DNA from: a virus
Lineage: Duplodnaviria > Caudoviricetes
DNA: 64,000 bases
Strand: one strand, 5' to 3'
Virus record (IMG/VR): IMGVR_UViG_2974518066_000001
Location: 1-64,000 of that record
Shown here: positions 29,680 to 39,252 of the stretch, in pieces
How positions within the stretch are numbered: position 1 is the stretch's first letter
Layout of the letters: each line of letters begins with the position of its first letter
Program-made: the position numbers and the translations under genes
The notes under the pieces: model-generated
Told to the model about the DNA's origin: nothing
What the model saw: only the letters and a program-made list of their open reading frames with translations
Databases searched by the model: none

Positions 29680-29696
29680 TTGTTCAGGACATCAGC

Positions 29697-30539
29697 ATGA
29701 ACATTTCAAACCACCGACTGGCGGGCGTCGATTTCGTCGCCTCGCCCAACATCTCGGGTATGCTCAACCCGCAATATATCGTCATGCACTACACCGCCGG
29801 TTGGAACGACGAGAGCGCCATCACGACGCTCAAGAACCCGGCCGCGAAAGTGTCGGCGCATGTCGTCATCGCACGCGACGGGAAGGTCACCCAGATGGTG
29901 CCGTTCAATCGCGTAGCGTGGCACGCCGGGCCGTCGAAGTTCGACGGCAAAAACGGCATGAACAACTATTCGATCGGCATCGAGCTGGTGAACATCGGCT
30001 TCCTGCGGGAGAAGCCGGGCGCGCCGGGCGTCTACCAGCTTTCGACCGGATCGGCGTGGAAGGATGTGCCCGCCAGCAATCTTGCGGGATATGATCTGTC
30101 CCTCAAGGCAGCGAACAAGCGGATCGGCGGCGGCACCTATGTCTGGCCTGCCTACACCAAGGCGCAGATCGACGCGGCGAAGGAAGTAGTCAAGGCGCTC
30201 GTCGGCGCCTACACGATCAAGGATATCACCACCCACGAGATCATCGACACTCGCGGCTGGAAGACCGACCCCGGCCCGGCGTTCCCAATGGGCGAGTTCA
30301 AGCCGCTGATCCATATCGGCAACGCCCGCAATGACAATCTGGAACCGAATGGCACCTATGTCGTCACCGCTTCGGCGCTGAACGTGCGGAAGGAAGCCAA
30401 CACTGGCGCTGGCGTCCTTACCGTGCTCCGCAAGGGCGCTGAGGTCGCTGTCGTCAAGGACCTCGGTGACTGGTCCTATGTCGAATATGCTCCGGGCAAG
30501 TTCGGCTACCTCACCGACAAATATCTCGCAGCGGCCTGA
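29697..30539 (+). CDS. Endolysin: N-acetylmuramoyl-L-alanine amidase plus SH3b
   Basis: IVMHYTA, SAH, AWHAG, SIGIE, KTDPG; C-terminal LNVR...G.YL. Confidence 0.93.
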   Translation: MNISNHRLAGVDFVASPNISGMLNPQYIVMHYTAGWNDESAITTLKNPAAKVSAHVVIARDGKVTQMVPFNRVAWHAGPSKFDGKNGMNNYSIGIELVNIGFLREKPGAPGVYQLSTGSAWKDVPASNLAGYDLSLKAANKRIGGGTYVWPAYTKAQIDAAKEVVKALVGAYTIKDITTHEIIDTRGWKTDPGPAFPMGEFKPLIHIGNARNDNLEPNGTYVVTASALNVRKEANTGAGVLTVLRKGAEVAVVKDLGDWSYVEYAPGKFGYLTDKYLAAA

Positions 30540-30967
30540 TGGACCCGATCAGCATCGGCTTCCTCGCCGCCAAGGCCAAAAGCCTCCTCACCAACAAATG
30601 GGTCTGGATCGTGATCGCGGCGCTAGGCGTCGCGATCGTCGGCTACAACAGCTTTCACAACTTCGTGAACAAGAAGGTGGACACGGCGGTCGTCACCGAC
30701 CGGAAGGACGCCACGATCGCCACCTACAAGGCCAACGAGAAGGTCGATGAAGCTGTCGCGGACATCGACCGCCAGCATGACGTGATCCGCGAGCAGACCA
30801 TCAAGGAATATCATTATGTCCGCGAACAAATCAAAGCGGCGCCGATCGAGCAGCGTGAAGAAGCCGCTCCTGATCTGCTGCTTGACACTCTCAACGCTCT
30901 TGGCGGGATGCGGCGCGGCGCCGCAGGAACGGACCCTGTTCCTGAAACCACCCGTCCGGTCGGCTGA
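30539..30967 (+). CDS. Inner-membrane spanin (Rz-like)
   Basis: N-terminal TM segment plus coiled coil, after endolysin. Confidence 0.75.
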   Translation: MDPISIGFLAAKAKSLLTNKWVWIVIAALGVAIVGYNSFHNFVNKKVDTAVVTDRKDATIATYKANEKVDEAVADIDRQHDVIREQTIKEYHYVREQIKAAPIEQREEAAPDLLLDTLNALGGMRRGAAGTDPVPETTRPVG

Positions 30968-31166
30968 TCTCGTCTGCGCCGACGAGCCAAGCGGCGTTCT
31001 CCCCAAAGGCACGTCGATGGAAGTGGCGACCGAGCGCGTCGTCGGGATCAGCGAGGCGGGGCAGGACTGCCGAGGCGTCGTCCACCGCAGCCACGACAAG
31101 ATGAAGGTCTACGAGGACATCGTGGATCAGATCAACAAGAGCGGCATCAAGGTGGTGAACCAGTGA
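30855..31166 (+). CDS. Outer-membrane spanin lipoprotein (Rz1-like)
   Basis: Overlaps the Rz 3' end in another frame; lipobox LLAGC. Confidence 0.75.
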   Translation: MKKPLLICCLTLSTLLAGCGAAPQERTLFLKPPVRSADLVCADEPSGVLPKGTSMEVATERVVGISEAGQDCRGVVHRSHDKMKVYEDIVDQINKSGIKVVNQ

Positions 31167-31267
31167 CCGGGTGCTGGGCCTGTGAAGACGCTTGGAAGTG
31201 GGGCCATGTCGTTGCCGCCATAGCGGGAGCTTTCGTCGCGATCCACGCTATCCTTTCATGTTATTAA
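31163..31267 (+). CDS. Possible 34-aa membrane peptide
   Basis: GTGA coupling; hydrophobic HVVAAIAGAFVAIHAILSCY. Confidence 0.3.
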   Translation: MTGCWACEDAWKWGHVVAAIAGAFVAIHAILSCY

Positions 31268-31293
31268 GACTCAACATTGAGCTTGACAAAGAA

Positions 31294-31326
31294 GGCTCCG
31301 GGTGACACATCGCCCGGAGCTTTTTC
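31294..31326 (+). terminator. Intrinsic terminator after lysis genes
   Basis: GCTCCGGG...CCCGGAGC-TTTTTT. Confidence 0.75.
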
Positions 31327-31340
31327 ATTGAGGATAACCG

Positions 31341-33491
31341 ATGGACGCCGACCTCCTCGCAGCCTACACCTACAACACCATGGTCCGGACGGACGCGGAC
31401 GACGATGCGCGTAACCGCCATCGGGAGCTGATCCACGATCTCGCCGCTGCCGATGTGGCATATTACGAGCATGACGAACCGTTCATGTCCGATGAACGCT
31501 ACGACGACCTCAAGCGAGAGCTGGCGTCGATCGAGGCTGACTATCCTGTGCTGGCGACGCCCGCCAGCCCGACGCAGAAGGTGTCCGGGAAAGCGTCTGA
31601 TCGCTTCGCCAAGGTGAAGCACCGGCAAGCGATGCTGAGCCTCGACAATAGCCTGACGACCGAGGCGCTGATCAAGTGGGTCGATAACCTGCAGCGCGGC
31701 GACGGCTCGGACGACATCCTCGCCGAACTCAAGATGGACGGGCTCTCGCTTTCGGTCACCTACGAAAACGGCAAGCTGGTCCGGGCGGCGACGCGCGGCG
31801 ACGGGCAGATCGGCGAGGATGTGACCGAGCAGGCCAAGCAGATCACCGACCTCCCGAACACGATCCAGTTCAAGGGCTTCCTCGAAGTTCGCGGCGAATG
31901 CTACATGCCGCGCTCGGTGTTCGCGTGGCTCAACGAAGACCTTGACACGAAGGGTAAGAAGAAGCTGGTCAACTGCCGCAACGCGGCGGCTGGCGCGCTC
32001 CGCCAGAAAGACCCGGCCGTAACCAAGGCGCGCCGCCTCAAGTTCATGGCGTTCGGCGTCACGGACGAGAGCCTACCCGAATATGACAGCGACATCGGAA
32101 TCCTCGGCATCCTTTACGTGCAGGGCTTCTCGGTCGTCCCCCACGAGCTGTTGGCACGCGGCAAGACCGGACTGCATCCTCGCCGGATCGAGGCCCTTCG
32201 GGCCAGCTATGATTTCGACATCGACGGCATCGTCTTCAAGATCGACAGCCGGGCAGCGCGTCAGGCTTACGGCTTCACCAGCCGGGCGCCGCGCTGGGCG
32301 ACCGCATACAAGTTTCCGGCCGAGCGCAAGACCACCCGCCTCAAGGAGATCGTCGTCCAGACAGGCCGCACCGGCGCCCTGACCCCGGTCGGGGTGTTGG
32401 AGCCGATCTTCGTGGGCGGTGTGACCGTCAGCTCCGTCACCTTGCACAATGAGGATGAAATCTCGCGCCTCCATCTCGTGCCGGGCGCGACTGTCATCGT
32501 GCAGCGGGCAGGGGACGTGATCCCGCAGGTTGTAGGAGTCGATCCCAACGCCCCGGTCGTCAAGGGCATCTACAGCTTCCCGACCACCTGTCCGTCCTGT
32601 GGCGGCCCCACCGAGCGCCCGGTAGGGGAGGCGGTTCGCCGCTGCGTCTCTGGCTTCTCCTGCCCGGCGCAGGTGCAGGGCTATCTGGAGCACTTCGTTA
32701 GCCGCGACGCGATGAACATCGACGGCCTCGGCCCGAGCCAGATCGAGGACCTGATCAAATATCTTGGGTTGTCAAAAGCAAGCCAGATAATGGAGCTACC
32801 CGATCTCTATATCTCCCACTTCGTTCCGGAGGCCGGGCGCGAGTTTGCGGATGCGGAAGTGTGGTTCGCGATGCAGTCTTGGGAAGGCTACGGGAAGTCC
32901 TCCGTCGCTAAGCTCATGTCCGCGATCAAGAAGGCGCGCTCTCCCGAACTCGGCCGCTTCATCTATGCGCTGGGCATCCGCAACGTCGGAGAGACGACAG
33001 CGAAGGATATCGCCAAGCACCTCAAGACTGCCTCGGCGTTCTTCGACTGCATCACCTACGAGAATGGTTTCGTAGACGCGGGCGTCGGTGACATCGACGG
33101 TATCGGCCCGGTGGTCATGGCAGCGCTCGACGGACACTTCTCGATCGAGGCCAATTACAAGGAAGCCTTCGCGCTCCGCCGCGTCCTCGACATCCAAGAC
33201 CTCAAGCTGGCATCCGGCCCGGCGATCTTCGAGGGAGAGGTGATCTGCTTCACCGGCAGCATGACGCGCTGGTCTCGCGATCAGGCGATCCTCATTGCCG
33301 AGGACCTTGGCGCCAAGACGACCAACTCGGCGGCGAAGAAGACGACCATCTTGGTGGCTGGCGCGAACGTCGGTGCCAAGAAGATCGAGGCGGCCGAGAA
33401 GTTCGGCTGCAAGGTGCTGGACGAAGCGTGGTTCATTGCCGAGGTCGAGAAGGCCATGGCGGATGGCTACAAGCTGGACGTGATGGACTGA
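31341..33491 (+). CDS. ligA: NAD-dependent DNA ligase
   Basis: MLSLDN, KMDG, TRGDG.GEDVT, EVRGE, DGIVFK, PRWATAYKF, RAGDVIP, C4 zinc finger, BRCT. Confidence 0.97.
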   Translation: MDADLLAAYTYNTMVRTDADDDARNRHRELIHDLAAADVAYYEHDEPFMSDERYDDLKRELASIEADYPVLATPASPTQKVSGKASDRFAKVKHRQAMLSLDNSLTTEALIKWVDNLQRGDGSDDILAELKMDGLSLSVTYENGKLVRAATRGDGQIGEDVTEQAKQITDLPNTIQFKGFLEVRGECYMPRSVFAWLNEDLDTKGKKKLVNCRNAAAGALRQKDPAVTKARRLKFMAFGVTDESLPEYDSDIGILGILYVQGFSVVPHELLARGKTGLHPRRIEALRASYDFDIDGIVFKIDSRAARQAYGFTSRAPRWATAYKFPAERKTTRLKEIVVQTGRTGALTPVGVLEPIFVGGVTVSSVTLHNEDEISRLHLVPGATVIVQRAGDVIPQVVGVDPNAPVVKGIYSFPTTCPSCGGPTERPVGEAVRRCVSGFSCPAQVQGYLEHFVSRDAMNIDGLGPSQIEDLIKYLGLSKASQIMELPDLYISHFVPEAGREFADAEVWFAMQSWEGYGKSSVAKLMSAIKKARSPELGRFIYALGIRNVGETTAKDIAKHLKTASAFFDCITYENGFVDAGVGDIDGIGPVVMAALDGHFSIEANYKEAFALRRVLDIQDLKLASGPAIFEGEVICFTGSMTRWSRDQAILIAEDLGAKTTNSAAKKTTILVAGANVGAKKIEAAEKFGCKVLDEAWFIAEVEKAMADGYKLDVMD

Positions 33492-33640
33492 TGGGCCTGT
33501 GGAGCCTCTTCCAGCGCCGCCCGCGTCCTAAGCCACTCCGGGTGGGCGACAAGCTCCCGGCGAACTCCACCGGCCCTTACGGAGCCTTCATCAAGGTCTG
33601 CCCCTGCTGCGACCGCATAGACGAGATTTTCATTCCATGA
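33491..33640 (+). CDS. Hypothetical protein
   Basis: TGATG coupling; CPCC. Confidence 0.45.
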   Translation: MGLWSLFQRRPRPKPLRVGDKLPANSTGPYGAFIKVCPCCDRIDEIFIP

Positions 33641-33903
33641 ACCACGAGATCACCCACCTCCCCAAATTGATGAAGTATCGCGTCGAAGTGATGGCCCGGT
33701 GGCCTACGAAATTTGACACCCTCGCCGGTGTCATTACGTTCCTTATCGATCGCGCGCCGCTGTGGTTCATTCTGGAGGAGTGGAAGGACGACGGATGGCA
33801 GGTGATCATCGATCGCGAGGCCAGTCGATCTTGGAGAAATAGAGACCTCGATCCCGGAGTTGAGGACTCTAAGACCTTCCACCTATCGGACACCTCGGCC
33901 TGA
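33637..33903 (+). CDS. Hypothetical protein
   Basis: ATGA coupling, 88 aa. Confidence 0.55.
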   Translation: MNHEITHLPKLMKYRVEVMARWPTKFDTLAGVITFLIDRAPLWFILEEWKDDGWQVIIDREASRSWRNRDLDPGVEDSKTFHLSDTSA

Positions 33904-34125
33904 TGGGCTGGGCGCTCTCTTCAATCGCTCTGTGCAGCACAGCGCTCCTCTTGTGGGTGTGGCGTGATATCATGACGATCAAATGGGCCAGTTCGACACC
34001 ATCGCAAAATGACGACGCGACCGTGATGTTCATGGCCGCTTCGACATGTGTGATCTAGATCACGGAGACCTCCGCTGACCGCTGCTACGACGCCACAGCG
34101 ACCCTACATCGATCCGGCTCCTGCC

Positions 34126-34344
34126 ATGAAGAGATCATGGCTGGAGCCGGATTGGGATGACGACGATTACGATGAACTGGACGACGATCTGAGCCCGCTG
34201 GGCGTCTTCTTCGATCGAGGGTTCGTCCCCGTCCTTGTTGCAGCCGCAACAGCAATAGCCGCCCTCGTCGCAAGCGGGGCGGTTTATCTTATTCTGCGTG
34301 TCTGGGTCGAAATCGTCGATCTGGCGCGGCAGCTAGGCGCATGA
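34126..34344 (+). CDS. Small membrane protein
   Basis: Acidic N-terminus and one TM segment. Confidence 0.55.
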   Translation: MKRSWLEPDWDDDDYDELDDDLSPLGVFFDRGFVPVLVAAATAIAALVASGAVYLILRVWVEIVDLARQLGA

Positions 34345-34376
34345 AAAAACGCCCGGCACGTCGATGCGTGCCGGGT
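34344..34376 (-). terminator. Terminator at convergence of the two gene blocks
   Basis: CCCGGCACG/CGTGCCGGG stem with T-run on the minus strand. Confidence 0.75.
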
Positions 34377-34408
34377 CGGCGACCTTAGCTCTAGACAGCT
34401 TTGAGCGA

Positions 34409-35089
34409 TTAGCTCTGGCGCACCGACCCGACGATGGCTCCGACGAAATCGAGTTCGGCGGGATCGATGGTGAACGACTGTCCCTTCGCTCCGGTGAAGG
34501 TCATCTCCGCACGGCGAGTCAGATTGGGCTCGCAGCGAACCACTTCGAGAGCCGTCTGCGTCTTGAGCAGATACATGTCGTGCTCAGGCACCGGGCCGGT
34601 GATCTTGGTATTGACGATCAGTCGATCGCCGCTGCGGTAGTTGAAGCCGGGCGCATCCTGCTGCAGCACGAACAGCTTCGCACCGCGCTTATCGACGCCG
34701 AAGCTGTCCATCATCTTCTTGGGAAAAGCGAAACCACCGCTGGTATATTCGCCGTCGCGGCCGAACGTGATCTCAGGCACGGTGACGACTTCTTCCGCCG
34801 CATTGGCGATGCCCTCGATACCGTGTCTGCCGAAGGCGAGAAATTCCGGGCTGACGTTCAGCACGTCGGCCAGCTTCTCGACGATCGTCACCGGCGGGTC
34901 GATGTTGTTCTGTTCATACTGAACGATGGTCGCACGCGACTTTTCGGCCAGACCGGCAAGGGTCTTCTGCGTCATATTCTGACGAAGGCGCGCCCACGCT
35001 ATCCGGCCGCCCATGGACTGTAGGTCCACGTTTTCCGACACTCCCGGAATGTCGATGCGGCGAGGCGTGGTAGTCTCCTGTTTGCTCAT
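34409..35089 (-). CDS. XRE-family HTH regulator with degenerate S24-like C-domain
   Basis: GGRIAWARLRQNMTQKTLA...QYE...P...LA.VLNVSPEFL.FG; GGAGA RBS. Confidence 0.88.
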   Translation of the reverse strand: MSKQETTTPRRIDIPGVSENVDLQSMGGRIAWARLRQNMTQKTLAGLAEKSRATIVQYEQNNIDPPVTIVEKLADVLNVSPEFLAFGRHGIEGIANAAEEVVTVPEITFGRDGEYTSGGFAFPKKMMDSFGVDKRGAKLFVLQQDAPGFNYRSGDRLIVNTKITGPVPEHDMYLLKTQTALEVVRCEPNLTRRAEMTFTGAKGQSFTIDPAELDFVGAIVGSVRQS

Positions 35090-35179
35090 CAAAATCTCCC
35101 TTTCAAATATTTCATCAAACAAAATCGATCAGAGGCGAGTTCCAATCTCGCCCTAATGGATCACTCAGACCTGACTTTA

Positions 35180-35196
35180 TGTCAAGCCAAAATAAC
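35180..35196 (-). promoter_or_regulatory. Variant of the conserved promoter upstream of XRE gene
   Basis: GTTATTTTGGC-TTGACA on minus strand. Confidence 0.55.
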
Positions 35197-35222
35197 AAAA
35201 GGCCCTTGTTTCCAAGGGCCTT
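35197..35222 (-). terminator. Terminator after nrdB
   Basis: GGCCCTTG-GAAA-CAAGGGCC-TTTT. Confidence 0.7.
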
Positions 35223-35249
35223 CCGTTAGTATAGCTGTCCCTAAATGGA

Positions 35250-36554
35250 TCAGTGGATAGTCGCGGCTGACAGCCCTATTCCCAGCAAATCCAAGCGATT
35301 CTTGGCTTCCGACCAGCCGCCGATGCGTTCGCCGGAAGGATTCGTTTCGGTATATATTTCATTCGTGATGTAAAGCTGCGGGACCGTGTTCGTTCCAGTG
35401 TTCTCGTAGAACATTCCACGAACGGTGTCGTCGGTCAAGTCAATCTCGGTGAAATCGATTCGCCGCACAGCCAGTTCGTGCTTCAACACGAAGCAGAACG
35501 GACAGCCATCCTTGGTATAAACGACCGCCTTGAAGTCCTGACCTTCGATCGGCGCCACAACAGGACCGCTATTCAGGAAGTCGAAGGCCTTGTCCCAATT
35601 TTCGATACCACCCTTCGAGTATTCGGTCGAGCGACCCTCGAAGAAATTGGTATGGGTCTGGGCGGTGATCAGCGGCGCGATCCAGTCGAACGGGTTTTCG
35701 ACATTGTAGTTCGGCTTGAGGCCTAGCTGGAGCAGGCGGCGATCGGCGATGTTGCGGATATACTGCTTGGTCTCGTCGGCCGTGATGCCGGGAATTACGC
35801 CCATCGCAAAGCACAGGTCGATGAAAAGGTCTTCCAGCTTCACCATGTCACGGCAGGTCTGATAGATGGCCTGCTTGAGTTCGTCAGTCCAGAGCTTTGG
35901 ATTTTCCTGAATCAGCGTCCGGAAAATCTTGGTCATCGCCTCGACGTGCAAGGTCTCGTCGCGGATCGACCACTCGACGATCGTGGACATGCCTTTCATC
36001 AGGTTCCGGTTCTTGAACGACAACAGGATCGCGAACGACGAGAAAAGCTGCACGCCTTCACCGAACGCCGAGAAGACGCCGAGATCGAGTGCCAGACGCT
36101 CCTTCTTGGTCCACTTGCGACCGGACGGACTCGTGTCGCGCGAAGCGAACAGATATTCGTGCTTCTCCCGCATCTCGGCATATTCGGCAAACTGCTGGTA
36201 GATCGCCTCGGGCATACCTAGCTGGTCGATCAGCGACGAATAGCTGTCGATGTGGTTGGCTTCCGAGGCGATGATCGCGCCGAACAGCATCCGGAACTCG
36301 GGCAGCTTGAACTCGGGCGAATAGCGCTCGTAATAGCCATCGGCGATGCCGACATCGGCCTGCGTGAAGAAGCGGAAGAGCTGGGTGAGAAGCGCCCGCT
36401 CATGGTCGCTCAGCTTCTCGATCCAGTCGCGCAGGTCTTCCTGCAACGGGACTTCGGACGGGAGCCAGTGCAGGTCCTGCATCCGCTTGTAATAGAGGTA
36501 GGCCCATTCATATTCAAAAGGCTTGTAGAAGTTTCGCTTACCGAGAAGTGACAA
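35250..36554 (-). CDS. nrdB: Class Ia RNR beta subunit fused to C-terminal glutaredoxin
   Basis: YKPFEYEWA, FFTQAD, EANH..SY, EG.QLFSSF, RDETLH, NFFE.RSTEY; then CPFC...TVPQ; TTG start after AAGGA. Confidence 0.92.
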   Translation of the reverse strand: MSLLGKRNFYKPFEYEWAYLYYKRMQDLHWLPSEVPLQEDLRDWIEKLSDHERALLTQLFRFFTQADVGIADGYYERYSPEFKLPEFRMLFGAIIASEANHIDSYSSLIDQLGMPEAIYQQFAEYAEMREKHEYLFASRDTSPSGRKWTKKERLALDLGVFSAFGEGVQLFSSFAILLSFKNRNLMKGMSTIVEWSIRDETLHVEAMTKIFRTLIQENPKLWTDELKQAIYQTCRDMVKLEDLFIDLCFAMGVIPGITADETKQYIRNIADRRLLQLGLKPNYNVENPFDWIAPLITAQTHTNFFEGRSTEYSKGGIENWDKAFDFLNSGPVVAPIEGQDFKAVVYTKDGCPFCFVLKHELAVRRIDFTEIDLTDDTVRGMFYENTGTNTVPQLYITNEIYTETNPSGERIGGWSEAKNRLDLLGIGLSAATIH

Positions 36555-36624
36555 AGGATGTGTCCTTATATTGTCTGATTTGTTTAAGAATGCTGCGGCA
36601 AAGTTCTGCAGCTTCGATCTGTTC

Positions 36625-37044
36625 TTAGAGCCGTCTGTCGTATTCACCATTCAAGTGATTCCAACGTTTCCAGCCTTTGGTGTAGTTGTTATAGCGGTCG
36701 TAATAATCGACGACAGTTTGCAACTCTGAACGCTTCCCAAAGGTGTTAGGAATAAGAAGTCTGGCGACTTCGATGGCCTTCGCATTGGAGAGTTGAACTC
36801 CAAAGGAATCACGATTTCTGGAGACGCCCAAAGAGTTGGATGATCCGGCTACGTCGTGTTTCTGAACCGGGCTGTTAAGAAGCGAGCCTACTGCCTCCAT
36901 TAAGCCCCGATCTGCTTGAAACAGAGCAACTATTGGCGTGTAATTAGGAACGCCCCGGCGGACTCTTCGAGACAGGCTCACACTCCCGTCTGCATCAAAG
37001 AATCCGCCGAGCCATTCTATCGAGGGAAGCTCTAACCCTCGCAC
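36625..37044 (-). CDS. Free-standing single-motif LAGLIDADG homing endonuclease
   Basis: WLGGFFDADGSV; visibly AT-richer than flanks. Confidence 0.85.
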   Translation of the reverse strand: MRGLELPSIEWLGGFFDADGSVSLSRRVRRGVPNYTPIVALFQADRGLMEAVGSLLNSPVQKHDVAGSSNSLGVSRNRDSFGVQLSNAKAIEVARLLIPNTFGKRSELQTVVDYYDRYNNYTKGWKRWNHLNGEYDRRL

Positions 37045-38810
37045 GCCAGACAGGCTTCCGGCTCGGGGGCCGTGTCATTGTCCGCGACGAGATGGATTCG
37101 CTCGACCTTGGCGTTCACATCCTCACCCTTCTGGGTGGTCTGGGTCCGCAGGTAATAGAGCGACTTGATGCCCAGCTCCCACGCACGGAAGTGCAGCTCC
37201 ATCAGGTAACCAGCATCGACGAAGGCCGGGATGAACAGATTCAGCGACTGAGCCTGATCGATCTTCGGCGTGCGATCGGCGAAGAACTGGAGCGTGTGAC
37301 GCTGATCCGTCTCAAACGCGGTCAGGAAGACGCGGCGCTCGTGATCCGTCAGCTCCTCGGTCAGGTGCTGCACCGATCCCGTCGCGATGATGCTGTCCCA
37401 GATCGCGGTCGTGTCGAGGCCCTTCTTCGCGAGCAGGCGCTGGAGTGAAGGGTTCTTCACATTGTGCGAACCGGTCAGCGTCTTGTGGACGAAGAAATTG
37501 GCGGGCCACTGTTCGGTCGCCGGAGAGATGTTGAGGAAGATCGACGAGGAGGCGTTGGGAGCCAGCGCCAGCTTGTGAGCGAAGCGCTCGCCGGTGCCTG
37601 CCATGTCCGGAGCTTCGCCACGCTCGGCGCCCAGCTTCAACGAGGCCGCGTCCGCCTGCTTGCGGATGTGGTTGAAGATCATCAGGTTCCAGCCACGCGC
37701 CACGTCGCTGTCCCACGGCATCATGCGATCCTGCAGGAAGGTGTGCCAACCCATCGCGCCGAGGCCGACCGACCGCTCGCTCTTGGCGGAATTGACGGCG
37801 CGCCACAGCTCGGGCGGCGCGTTCTGGATGAAGTCTTCCAGAGCGTTGTCGAGCATCCGCATCAGGTCTTCGATGAAGAGCGGATCGTCCTTCCATTCAT
37901 CCCACGCCGCGACGTTGATCGACGACAGGCAGCACACGGCGGTGCGATCTTCGGAGGTCGGCAGGGTGATCTCGGTGCAGAGGTTCGAGTGGTGAACCTT
38001 GAGGCCCTTGTCCTTGAGCGGCTGGGGCAGGGCCTTATTGATGGTGTCGATGAACACCATGTAGGGCTCGCCGGTCTGCTTGCGGACCTCGACCATCTTG
38101 CGGAAGAGCGTCCGGGCGTGGACCTCCTTGGTGACCTGCTTGGTCTTGGGATCGACCAGCGGGAACATGGCATCGTCGCGGACGGCGGCCATGAAGTCGT
38201 CGGTCAGGTTGACGGCGTTGTGGAGGTTGAGCGCCTTGCGGTTAGCGTCGCCGCCCGAGGGCTTGCGCATCTCCAGCCATTCCTCGATCTCGGGATGCGA
38301 GACATCGAGATAGGCGGCGTAGGAACCACGGCGCGTCTTGCCCTGCGAGAAGGCCAGAATCCAGCGATCCATCGGGACGGTGAATGCGAGGGCGCCCGAG
38401 GTAGCCGACCCCTTGGAGGTGCTGGTGCCGAGCGAGCGCAGGTCTCCGATATAGGCGCCGACGCCGCCGCCGACCGAGGACAGCATCGCCGTCTCTTCAT
38501 AATGGTCGATGATGCCGCGACGGCTGTCGGGCATATAGTTCAGGAAGCAGGAGATTGGCAGACCGCGACCGGTCCCGCCATTGGAGAGGAGAGGGGTGGC
38601 GAACATGAACCACCCACGGCTGACATATTGGTAGAGGCGGTTGCCGTGCTCGGCATCATCGGCGAAAGCGGCGCAGGCGCGGCCGAAAGCATGTTGCGGG
38701 GAGGTTTCGCCGGGGACCATATAGCGGTCCTGCAGGGTCTCAAGGGCGTGACGGGTCAAACGTCCATCACGCCCGAGATCGATATTGATCTCGTTCGGGT
38801 TGATTGCCAT
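37032..38810 (-). CDS. nrdA: Class Ia RNR alpha subunit (no ATP cone)
   Basis: ATP.LSN, ISCF, SNLCTEI, VCCLSS, APNASSS, DQAQS, KSLYY, C-terminal CLACEG. Confidence 0.96.
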   Translation of the reverse strand: MAINPNEINIDLGRDGRLTRHALETLQDRYMVPGETSPQHAFGRACAAFADDAEHGNRLYQYVSRGWFMFATPLLSNGGTGRGLPISCFLNYMPDSRRGIIDHYEETAMLSSVGGGVGAYIGDLRSLGTSTSKGSATSGALAFTVPMDRWILAFSQGKTRRGSYAAYLDVSHPEIEEWLEMRKPSGGDANRKALNLHNAVNLTDDFMAAVRDDAMFPLVDPKTKQVTKEVHARTLFRKMVEVRKQTGEPYMVFIDTINKALPQPLKDKGLKVHHSNLCTEITLPTSEDRTAVCCLSSINVAAWDEWKDDPLFIEDLMRMLDNALEDFIQNAPPELWRAVNSAKSERSVGLGAMGWHTFLQDRMMPWDSDVARGWNLMIFNHIRKQADAASLKLGAERGEAPDMAGTGERFAHKLALAPNASSSIFLNISPATEQWPANFFVHKTLTGSHNVKNPSLQRLLAKKGLDTTAIWDSIIATGSVQHLTEELTDHERRVFLTAFETDQRHTLQFFADRTPKIDQAQSLNLFIPAFVDAGYLMELHFRAWELGIKSLYYLRTQTTQKGEDVNAKVERIHLVADNDTAPEPEACLACEG

Positions 38811-38928
38811 AAATGTGGGGAGGTCCGAGGGGGTTAGGGGTTGTAACGCAAAAGGGTGACGATGTTACTTTAACTAACGTCAGAAGGCAAGGAAACTAAT
38901 TCGTCTCCTTGCAAATTTGCCGCTTGAC

Positions 38929-39252
38929 TCAGCGAATGGAGGGCTTGTTTTCAAGAGGCTCGTCGCCCTTGCGGACGCCATAAGGATCGGCAATCGCCAA
39001 GACCTCGAACGCGACATGTGTCTGGCCGATCATCATGTCATAGTGCATGTGGGCGTTTTCGAGATAGCGGTCCATCACGCCGAAGTTCATCGTCGGCGCA
39101 GCAAGCGACTGGAACAAGGTATCCATCATGTGATGGAAAGCGTTCATGGTGGAATAGCCGTCAAAATGCGTGGTGCCGTTGACTTGCACCTTCACCTTGA
39201 AGCGGCAATATACGTCATTTGCCATTGGGGAACTCCCACTCGTCGCACACAT
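38929..39252 (-). CDS. Hypothetical protein
   Basis: ORF in gene string; true start probably MANDVY. Confidence 0.5.
   Translation of the reverse strand: MCATSGSSPMANDVYCRFKVKVQVNGTTHFDGYSTMNAFHHMMDTLFQSLAAPTMNFGVMDRYLENAHMHYDMMIGQTHVAFEVLAIADPYGVRKGDEPLENKPSIR

Noticed and set aside
36555-36650. 32-aa N-terminal extension of NrdB
   Set aside because: TTG at 36554 has an AAGGA RBS and matches the usual MSLL..R..YKPF start; the extension lies in the endonuclease insert
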